Positions 52,533-59,629 of a stretch of DNA of 64,000 nt are shown piece after piece. The number at the start of each line of letters is the position of its first letter. Position 1 is the stretch's first letter. The DNA is from Arcobacteraceae bacterium (GTDB lineage Bacteria > Campylobacterota > Campylobacteria > Campylobacterales > Arcobacteraceae), in contig JBLWVX010000011.1 of the NCBI GenBank assembly GCA_048268245.1, positions 1-64,000 on the forward strand. The letters are read 5' to 3'. A program made the translations under genes and the position numbers. The notes below the pieces were generated by a model, which was given only the letters and a program-made list of their open reading frames with translations, did not search any database and had not been told where the DNA came from.

Positions 52533-52740
52533 CTATCGGGTTTTTAGTCCCTCTTCACTGCTTCCTCTAGGAGAAGAAACTACAAAATCTCCATTGGAAA
52601 TATGTTCTATTGCCCTTATTATAGGCTTAAGTAGAAAGACTATCGGGTTTTTAGTCCCTATTACACCCCCTCTAGGAGAAGACTTTAATTAAAACTACAA
52701 AATCTCCATCGGAAATATATCCTGTTGCCCTTATTGTAGG
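52533..52740 (+). repeat. Two about 95-100-bp direct repeats (52533-52625 and 52640-52740)
   Basis: Shared CTATCGGGTTTTTAGTCCCT, CCTCTAGGAGAAGA, AAACTACAAAATCTCCAT.GGAAATAT and TTGCCCTTATT.TAGG blocks. Confidence 0.9.
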
Positions 52741-52783
52741 GTTAATTTAAAAAAATAAAACAAGTACATAAAAGGAGAAGTAA

Positions 52784-52846
52784 ATGCCTACAGTTAAAGA
52801 GGTACTAGAAGAGCAAGCAATAGAATATGAAAGAAGTGCGTTATAG
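52784..52846 (+). CDS. 20-aa small ORF MPTVKEVLEEQAIEYERSAL
   Basis: AAGGAG SD; the stop abuts the GGGAG SD of the next gene; may be a remnant. Confidence 0.35.
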   Translation: MPTVKEVLEEQAIEYERSAL

Positions 52847-52857
52847 GGAGACCTAAA

Positions 52858-53503
52858 ATGAAAACTGAAGTTATGATGATAAGACAACTTGGAGATATTC
52901 AAGTAAGACAATCTAATCAGACTGAGATGTTTAATGCTACAGATTTGGTGAATGGGTTTAATGAGTATAGAAAGGCTATGGGATTACCTGAGAAGAGACT
53001 ACAACACTATTGGGAAAATGACTCAACTAAAGAGTTCCTTGAAGCCCTAGAAATGGAGCTTAGTTTAAATAACCGGAAATCCGGTGAATTAAAAATCACT
53101 AGAAAAGGAAAGTATGGAGGGACTTATGTTGCTCCTGAAGTGTTCGTAGATATTGCTATGTGGTTAAACCCTAGCTTCAAAGCTAAAGTAATGATTTGGG
53201 TGTCAGACAATCTGTTAGGTGTTAGGAATACTTCAGGTATCCAACAGCAAGTTATGAACAGAGTTAGCTGAGAAGTTCAGTAATAGGACTACAAAATGGT
53301 TGATTATGAGGTTTAGTAAAAGAATTAATGAACATATCCTAGAGGAAGGTCAAGACTGGCAGAGTGCTACTACAGAACAACTAGAGCAAAGACTAGCACT
53401 ACAAACTAAGATTATAAATGCGTGTGAGCTTTTACCTGATGGTATTAGTGAAGATGAGTTCTGTGAAATAGTGTTTAAAGTTAGACCTAAAGTTGTAGCT
53501 TAA
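52858..53503 (+). pseudogene. KilA-N domain protein split by a frameshift near 53264
   Basis: FNATDL...W.N..TKEF..AL...KYGGTY...IAMWLNP.F; the +1 frame continues LAEKFSNRTTKWLIMRFSK...W.SAT.EQL into ORF 53300-53503. Confidence 0.75.
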
Positions 53504-53514
53504 GGAGGACTACT

Positions 53515-53619
53515 ATGTCAATACATATATACAAGATGTTCTTAGCTAGAGGACACAATAAAAAAACAGCTCAGAAGATGTATAAAAATTATATAGGAAA
53601 AATGAAGGAGGAAAAATAA
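53515..53619 (+). CDS. 34-aa basic small ORF MSIHIYKMFLARGHNKKTAQKMYKNYIGKMKEEK
   Basis: TAAGGAGG SD; fills the gap between neighbouring genes almost exactly. Confidence 0.5.
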   Translation: MSIHIYKMFLARGHNKKTAQKMYKNYIGKMKEEK

Positions 53620-53620
53620 A

Positions 53621-54073
53621 ATGATTAAAAATGAAATATTAAAAGTAGATATTAGTGAGGAAGTTGTAGTAGAGGTTCAGCCACACAAAGAGCATGAGTG
53701 GCTGTTGTCAAGTAAAGATGTGGCTGAAAGTTATGGTTTGAGTAGAAGTGGTCTTACTAAAACTAAAAGTAGATATGCAGATGAACTTGAAGAAGGTAAA
53801 CACTGGGTTGTGACAGATTGTCACACCCTTGGAGGAAAACAAAAAACAGTTTATTGGACTAAAGAAGGCGTAGTAATGTTAGGGTTCTTCATTAAGACAC
53901 CTACAGCTAAAAAGTTTAGAAGATGGGCTTCAAACTTTATCGTTGAGAAAAGTAAAGAACCAAAAGCCCCTGTAGTACCTCAGACATACATAGAGGCACT
54001 TCAAGCTCACTTAGAGTCAGTTAGAGAGTCAGAGGAAGGTAATAGAGTTATTACTTTACAAGCGCCTAAATGA
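53621..54073 (+). CDS. Phage antirepressor-like protein, probably C-terminally truncated
   Basis: KDVA..YG, TLGG.Q....WT.EG...LGF...AK.FR.W; PQTY.EAL and QAPK linker followed by an abrupt stop. Confidence 0.65.
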   Translation: MIKNEILKVDISEEVVVEVQPHKEHEWLLSSKDVAESYGLSRSGLTKTKSRYADELEEGKHWVVTDCHTLGGKQKTVYWTKEGVVMLGFFIKTPTAKKFRRWASNFIVEKSKEPKAPVVPQTYIEALQAHLESVRESEEGNRVITLQAPK

Positions 54074-54409
54074 TGACTTGATGGATAAAGAGAGCCTTAT
54101 GTACCCTATGAATGGTTTGTAATGATATAAGTACCAAACTATAAAGACCCTGAGATAAGACTAGAGAGTATATGGTTATTACTCTTGAGGGTGTTAGCTG
54201 AGATTAAGCCTATTGCAGATGAAGTTATAGCAAATGGTTTAATTAAGCCTGTAGGTAAGTAAGATATTAATAAAACATTTATGTTTAAGTTATGGTCATG
54301 TGGGTCATTTAGTGTACCTACATGATGACCACCTATTGAGAGAAGTGTTACTCAAGACATATAGTTACAGTTAAAGAATCTTATCTCAACTATAAATTAA
54401 ACTTTAAGG

Positions 54410-54432
54410 TCATTCACAAACTCATTCACATT
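54410..54432 (+). repeat. Probable integrase arm-type site (right)
   Basis: Identical 23-mer to 41272-41294. Confidence 0.75.
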
Positions 54433-54466
54433 ATACTAATTTTAAGAAATACTTGGATAGTATTTC
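54431..54466 (+). promoter_or_regulatory. Island-supplied replacement promoter for ssrA (putative)
   Basis: TTATACTA.TTTTAAGAAA...GA-TAGTAT-TTC parallels the native upstream sequence at 41083-41118. Confidence 0.5.
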
Positions 54467-54497
54467 GTTTTACTAAACACGCCGTAAATGAATATCG

Positions 54498-54558
54498 ATG
54501 GGGATGATATGGCTTCGATTAGAGCATCGAGGCTTGATTGCATGTCGGCCTGAGCATG
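54498..54558 (+). repeat. attR: 61-bp direct repeat restoring the ssrA 5' end
   Basis: Identical to 41130-41190. Confidence 0.95.
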
Positions 54559-54897
54559 CCGTTACGCGGCTCATTTTTTTTAGACGCAAACAATACAAAT
54601 TACGCTCCAGCTTACGCAAAAGCTGCGTAAGTTTAACAACTTATAACGAGCTCCCTTCGGGTTGAGCTTTTGGAGGTTCGCTCTGTAGATTCTATCTATG
54701 CAGGATTTAGCGGATTCACCCAGATAGATTACCAAAGAGAGATTGATCGAATTTCTTTGGGACATCCTTAGATCTTAGCTTTTTAGTTGCCTTGCAGGTT
54801 GAGCTGCTAGAAAGTGAAATTTTTCAACCTCACTAAGCATGTAGACGTCAAGAGTAGATGTTTTAAGACTCCGGTTCGATCCCGGACATCTCCACCA
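54500..54897 (+). ncRNA. ssrA: tmRNA; tag (A)ANNTNYAPAYAKAA encoded at 54586-54630
   Basis: 5' GGGGATG pairs with 3' CATCTCC-ACCA (G3:U alanine identity); T-arm CCGG-TTCGATC-CCGG; tag ORF ends in Ala-Ala. Confidence 0.97.
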
Positions 54898-55011
54898 TTA
54901 CACAATCTAACACAATCCATAAAACTATTCAAAAACCCCAATTTATCGAGATGTAATCATAAAAATAGTCCGATATGAACTTACTTAAAATATTGTAATC
55001 CAACTCTTTTC

Positions 55012-55069
55012 GGGGTATATTTAGGGGTACTCTGATAAAATCTTATATACATATTTTTAATATACCCCC
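55012..55069. repeat. Arm-type sites of the P4-like integrase
   Basis: GGGGTATATTTAGGGGTAC plus inverted TATACCCCC directly upstream of int. Confidence 0.7.
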
Positions 55070-55082
55070 TAAAGGATTCTAA

Positions 55083-56300
55083 ATGGCTAAAGTTATAGTA
55101 CCTCTGTCAAGTACACAAATTAAAAGTGCAAAACCAAAAGAAAAAGATTATAAACTTTTTGATGGTGGTGGTTTATTTTTATTAATAGCTAAAACTGGTG
55201 GTAAAAGATGGAGAATGAAATACAGATTTAATGGAAAAGAAAAACTTATTGCATTAGGTGTTTATCCTCAAATTTCATTAAAAGTTGCTAGGGAATTAAG
55301 AGAGCAATATAAATCTATGATAGCACAAGGAATTGATCCAAACCAAGAAAAAAAACAAAAAAAAGAAGAGACTAAAAGAACTGAGGAAAAAAAAGAAAAT
55401 ACTTTCTTTAAAATTTCACAAGAATGGCATAAAAATTATGCAACTGAGGTATCAGAGAATTATCATTATAAACTTGAAAGAGCATTAGAAAACTATATAT
55501 ATCCTTTCATAAAAAACAAAGCTATAGAAGATATAACAAGACTAGATATTATAGAAATACTTCAAGATTTAAAGAATAAAGGTATTATAGACACAGCAAA
55601 TAGAGTTTATATGCTTTTAAATAAAATATATAAATACGCGGTAACATTGGAGTATGTTCCTCATAACATAATAGCAGATATTGAGCAAAAAAATATATTA
55701 GGTAAAATAGAGAAAAAACATTATCCAACTTTTACAAAAGATGAAGACATAAAAGGATTACTTCTATCAATTGATGAATATGAAGGTGATTATTCAACAA
55801 AAATGGCTTTAAAAATACTTCCTTATATATTTGTAAGAAGTTACAATATAAGACATGCTAAGTGGTCTGAAATAAATTTTGATACAAAAGAATGGATTAT
55901 ACCAGCGTCGAAAATGAAAACTAAAAAAGAATTTATATTACCTTTACCTAAAAATGTAATAGAATTACTTTATGAAGTAAATAAGATTACAGGACAAGAA
56001 GAGTACATTTTTCCAAGTTATAGACAAAGAAACAGACCAATGAGTGACAATACTTTATTATCAGCTATAAGAAGGATGGGATATACAAAAGAAGAATTTG
56101 TACCTCACAGTTTTAGAGCAATGTTTTCAACAATAGCATATGAAAATATGGAAGAACATGGATATAGTAGTGAAGTTATAGAATCACTACTTGCTCATGT
56201 AGAAAAAAATAAAGTGAAAGAAGCTTACAATAGAGCATCTTATAAAAAATCAATGAGAGGATTAATCGAGTGGTATGCTAATTATTTAAAAAATAAGTAG
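55083..56300 (+). CDS. P4-like tyrosine integrase
   Basis: AKPKEK.YKL.DGGGL.L...GGK.WR..YRF.GKEK..ALGVYP arm domain; FVR, KMK, HSFR, LAH and AYNR motifs. Confidence 0.95.
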   Translation: MAKVIVPLSSTQIKSAKPKEKDYKLFDGGGLFLLIAKTGGKRWRMKYRFNGKEKLIALGVYPQISLKVARELREQYKSMIAQGIDPNQEKKQKKEETKRTEEKKENTFFKISQEWHKNYATEVSENYHYKLERALENYIYPFIKNKAIEDITRLDIIEILQDLKNKGIIDTANRVYMLLNKIYKYAVTLEYVPHNIIADIEQKNILGKIEKKHYPTFTKDEDIKGLLLSIDEYEGDYSTKMALKILPYIFVRSYNIRHAKWSEINFDTKEWIIPASKMKTKKEFILPLPKNVIELLYEVNKITGQEEYIFPSYRQRNRPMSDNTLLSAIRRMGYTKEEFVPHSFRAMFSTIAYENMEEHGYSSEVIESLLAHVEKNKVKEAYNRASYKKSMRGLIEWYANYLKNK

Positions 56301-56417
56301 CCACAAATTTATCTTTTTAAATTTTTTCATTCCAAATAATCTATAAATTACTAATTATTTATATTTTATAAATATATACAATACATTATAAAAACGATAT
56401 TTATCAATATACTATAT

Positions 56418-56485
56418 TCACTATAGGGAATTTATTTAATAATCATATTCATGTAATATTTTATTATTAAATCACTATGGGGAAT
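56418..56485 (+). promoter_or_regulatory. Two near-identical 14-bp boxes (putative XRE operators)
   Basis: TCACTATAGGGAAT (56418-56431) and TCACTATGGGGAAT (56472-56485); the first lies in the quasi-palindrome TTCACTATAGGGAA. Confidence 0.5.
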
Positions 56486-56489
56486 AATT

Positions 56490-56735
56490 ATAGAATATTT
56501 AGAAATATCACAAAAAGAGATAAGTAACTTTCATACTAAAATTGCTGAAAATGTAAAAAAAATAAGACAAGAAAAAAAAGTCACTCAACTTGAATTAGCT
56601 CTTAGAATTGGTCATAAGTCTATGAGTACTATCGCAAAAATTGAATCTAATCTTGAAAATAAACACTATAACTTAGAACAATTATATAAAATTTCTAAAG
56701 CCCTTGATGTAGATATAAAAGAATTCTTTTTATAA
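56490..56735 (+). CDS. XRE/Cro-CI HTH regulator with non-canonical ATA/ATT start (absent from the ORF track)
   Basis: Hand translation IEYLEISQKEISNFHTKIAENVKKIRQEKKVTQLELALRIGHKSMSTIAKIESNLENKHYNLEQLYKISKALDVDIKEFFL*; GGGGA SD upstream; in-frame TAA at 56454. Confidence 0.8.
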   Translation: MEYLEISQKEISNFHTKIAENVKKIRQEKKVTQLELALRIGHKSMSTIAKIESNLENKHYNLEQLYKISKALDVDIKEFFL

Positions 56736-56745
56736 AGAGAGTAAA

Positions 56746-58332
56746 ATGTCAAAACTTGAGTCTTTAATTGAAAAACTGTCTAAATCTTCACCTGAAGCAG
56801 TAAATACTCTAAATAGTAGTACAGATGAAATTATAGAATATCTTCATATAGAAACAGATATTGAAGAAAGATATTTAGAGTTACTAAAGCAAAATAAACA
56901 AAATAAATGTTTAATTTTTCTTTGTGGTAGTAGTGGTGATGGTAAATCAGCCATTATAAACAGACATATAAATACTTTTAAAGATTCTTATAATTTTCAT
57001 GTTGATGCAACTCACAGTTTTAAACCAAATCAAACTGCAATTGAAGCTTTAACTGAAAGTTTTAAGAAATATCAAAATGATAATAAATCTTTAGTTATTG
57101 GAATTAATATTGGTATCATGTTAAATTTTACAGACCATCTAATATCAGAACTTGAAGAAATACAAAAAGCAATCAAAAAATTTTTAGATCAAAAAAAAGA
57201 TAGTAAAAACGTCTATTTTATTAACTTTGAAAACTATTCTAAATTTAATTTTCAAGATAATAAAATAGAATCTCCTTTCATAAAAAAATTATTGAATAAA
57301 ATTACAATTGAGTCTGATGATAATCCTTTCTTTAAAGCTTTAATTGAAGATAACAAATCTAATATAAGTTCAATAGTACATCAAAACTATAGATTATTAT
57401 CAAACAATTATCTACAAAATGAAATTATTAATTTACTTATTCTTTCTAATCTAAAATATGATCAGTTTTTAACAATAAGAAGTCTTTTAGATTTTATTTA
57501 TATCTTATTAAAAGGACCCAATTTATTGGTTAATCAGATCTTTGAAGATACTTCAAATGATATTATTAAAAATATAAAAAAAGAAGACCCCATATTAAAA
57601 AGATCTTTTTTATTAGATAAGTTTATACTTGAAAGATTTAGTTCAAAAAAAGATGATTCTTTAAATAGATTTATTGATGAATTTAATGATCTATTTAAAA
57701 AAGAAATTTTAGACTCAAAATGTCCATTTACTCTGATAAGGACATTTTTTATATTTAAAGAAATGGAAATTTCAAATAATTATCATAAAAACTTTTTAAA
57801 AGACTTCGACAATGCTGAATTAATAAATTTTGTTGAATTGATATCAATTCATAGAGACTATAGAGAAGAGCATAGAAAAAGAGTAAAAGAATTCTATGAA
57901 AAAGCTATTAAAGCTATTTATATTTTTATCAATAAAAACTATCCTGATTTAGTTAAAAAAAGTTTTGTAGTTTTATCTTCAGATAAAGAATTAACAATCT
58001 CTGCATATGCAAAGATATTACCTAATTGGAATATTATTAAATCTTCAAAAACTGATTCATTTAGATATTTTCCTTTTTATCTAAAAATTAATGGTGAAGA
58101 GTTAGAAAAAGAAATCCATATTACACTGAATATGTACCTTATGATTAACCTAATTAATAATGGATATAGACCAAATAAACATGATAGAAACACAATTATT
58201 ATCTTTGAAGAATTAATTGAATCCGTATTAGAATCTGCCGTACATTCTGATAAATTAGCAATCATAAAAAAAGATATGATAAAAACATTTTCTAAAGATG
58301 AAGATGAAATAGAGGTAGATGATGAAATCTAG
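56746..58332 (+). CDS. dptF: DNA phosphorothioation-dependent restriction protein DptF (DndF)
   Basis: LSKSS.EAV, IFLCGSSGDGKS, H.DATHSF.P, GINIG and GYRPNKHD motifs. Confidence 0.88.
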   Translation: MSKLESLIEKLSKSSPEAVNTLNSSTDEIIEYLHIETDIEERYLELLKQNKQNKCLIFLCGSSGDGKSAIINRHINTFKDSYNFHVDATHSFKPNQTAIEALTESFKKYQNDNKSLVIGINIGIMLNFTDHLISELEEIQKAIKKFLDQKKDSKNVYFINFENYSKFNFQDNKIESPFIKKLLNKITIESDDNPFFKALIEDNKSNISSIVHQNYRLLSNNYLQNEIINLLILSNLKYDQFLTIRSLLDFIYILLKGPNLLVNQIFEDTSNDIIKNIKKEDPILKRSFLLDKFILERFSSKKDDSLNRFIDEFNDLFKKEILDSKCPFTLIRTFFIFKEMEISNNYHKNFLKDFDNAELINFVELISIHRDYREEHRKRVKEFYEKAIKAIYIFINKNYPDLVKKSFVVLSSDKELTISAYAKILPNWNIIKSSKTDSFRYFPFYLKINGEELEKEIHITLNMYLMINLINNGYRPNKHDRNTIIIFEELIESVLESAVHSDKLAIIKKDMIKTFSKDEDEIEVDDEI

Positions 58333-59629
58333 ATTAAATAACATTACAGTAAATGATATTGGATCAAAAAATGATGTTAAAAATTTTTATCCTTTTACAA
58401 CTAAAGATGATAGAAACAAAATACAGTTTTCATTTAACCAAATTATAGGACTTATGATTTCATATATTTCGTCAAAGAAATTACATGATTTTGAATATGA
58501 AAACTTCAAAGATAACTGCATAAAAAAACTTGAAGAATGTATTGATGATGACGAAGCCATAAAATTATTAGAAAACGTTTATTTTAAAGATAACTCTATA
58601 GCTATTGATTCTTTATTAACAAAACAAATTGATATTGCCGAGAATAAATCAAAAAAAGTATTTGAAATATTTAAAGAACTAATTAACGAACAAAATTTAG
58701 ATATAAGATTTGACTCTAATTTAAACTTTTTAGAACAGATAATCGAAAATCAATTAAAATCAGAACTTGTAAAAACAAATTTTAGCAATAAAAGAGGATC
58801 ATACTTAAAGTTTTTGGAAAAAGTATTTATAAAAGATTTAGAGTTTTTAAGTTCTAATAAACACTACTTTAATAAATCACTAGAGAGTTTTTTAGAGCTA
58901 TACCTATTTATTTATTGTTCTCAATTGGCTCTAAATATTCAGCCTGTTGAAAATGCTTTATCAACACCTTCATCAAAAGAATTATATTTTATTCTAAATA
59001 ATGAAACAGCAAGTAAAGAAAGAAAGAAAATTGAAGAGTTTGGATATAAAAAACTCTATGATAAAGCTAAATATATTTTCCCTTACTTTTCACTTTTATC
59101 AGTTTTCTCTAAAGTCCTAGAAAAAGAAAACCTAAAACTTTTTGAACTAGAAAATATCTTTCAGGAAGAAGATAAAGAGCTAATAGATAGTTTTCATGAA
59201 AAATTTAGAGAAGCTAAAAAACTAGAAAAACTTGAAATAGCTTCTAAATCATTGAATGAAGCTATTCATTCATTATTTAAATCTTCTTTTGAACAATTTC
59301 AAGAGGGGAATCAAGTAGATAGAAAAAATGCTTTAGATAAGTATTTAAAAGCATTTGAAAAGCAAGCAGCAAAACCTTTTTTAATCAATAGAGGAAGAGC
59401 TGGGAAAGTATTAGTTTTAGATCAAGATATATTAATTTTATTAACGAACGTATCAATTGGCAAAGAGAAAAAAATTAGATTTCATGAGTTAATAAATGAG
59501 TTTAATAAAAGAGGTGTTTATTTTGACCTAAAGTCTCAAGCAGAATTAATAAATACATATGAAAAAATTGGAAATATAGAGAGAAAAAGTGATAGTGGAG
59601 ATGCAGTTTATGTTAAAACAACAATATAA
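58319..59629 (+). CDS. dptG: DNA phosphorothioation-dependent restriction protein DptG (DndG)
   Basis: Y.F.Y.SQLAL, E.AS.ER, RGRAG.VLVL.QD...LLTN and GN.ERKSDSGDAVYV motifs. Confidence 0.88.
   Translation: MMKSRLNNITVNDIGSKNDVKNFYPFTTKDDRNKIQFSFNQIIGLMISYISSKKLHDFEYENFKDNCIKKLEECIDDDEAIKLLENVYFKDNSIAIDSLLTKQIDIAENKSKKVFEIFKELINEQNLDIRFDSNLNFLEQIIENQLKSELVKTNFSNKRGSYLKFLEKVFIKDLEFLSSNKHYFNKSLESFLELYLFIYCSQLALNIQPVENALSTPSSKELYFILNNETASKERKKIEEFGYKKLYDKAKYIFPYFSLLSVFSKVLEKENLKLFELENIFQEEDKELIDSFHEKFREAKKLEKLEIASKSLNEAIHSLFKSSFEQFQEGNQVDRKNALDKYLKAFEKQAAKPFLINRGRAGKVLVLDQDILILLTNVSIGKEKKIRFHELINEFNKRGVYFDLKSQAELINTYEKIGNIERKSDSGDAVYVKTTI

Larger units (their letters stand above)
41130..54558. 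mobile_element. Island 1: 13.4-kb integrative element in the 5' end of ssrA
   Basis: Flanking 61-bp direct repeats, integrase at the left end, arm-type repeats near both ends, RM cargo and phage-like genes. Confidence 0.92.

Noticed and set aside
50711..52740. Repeats as a CRISPR array
   Set aside because: Units are few and degenerate, the variable part is about 8 nt rather than spacer-sized, and there are no cas genes.
52829..52851. Seventh promoter-like motif ending TATAGGGAGA
   Set aside because: Explained by the TAG stop of the 20-aa ORF plus the GGGAG SD of the KilA-N gene, and AAG is out of register; not counted.
41331..54073. Island 1 as a complete prophage or ICE
   Set aside because: No capsid, terminase, tail, lysis, relaxase or T4SS genes between the att sites.
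54580..54765. 61-aa minus-strand ORF
   Set aside because: It is antisense to tmRNA and is a shadow ORF.
56409..56431. TCACTATAGGGA, a 12-nt match to the T7 promoter (or vector contamination)
   Set aside because: The upstream TAATACGAC is absent, a second similar box lies 54 bp away and the site is quasi-palindromic, so an operator is the simpler explanation.
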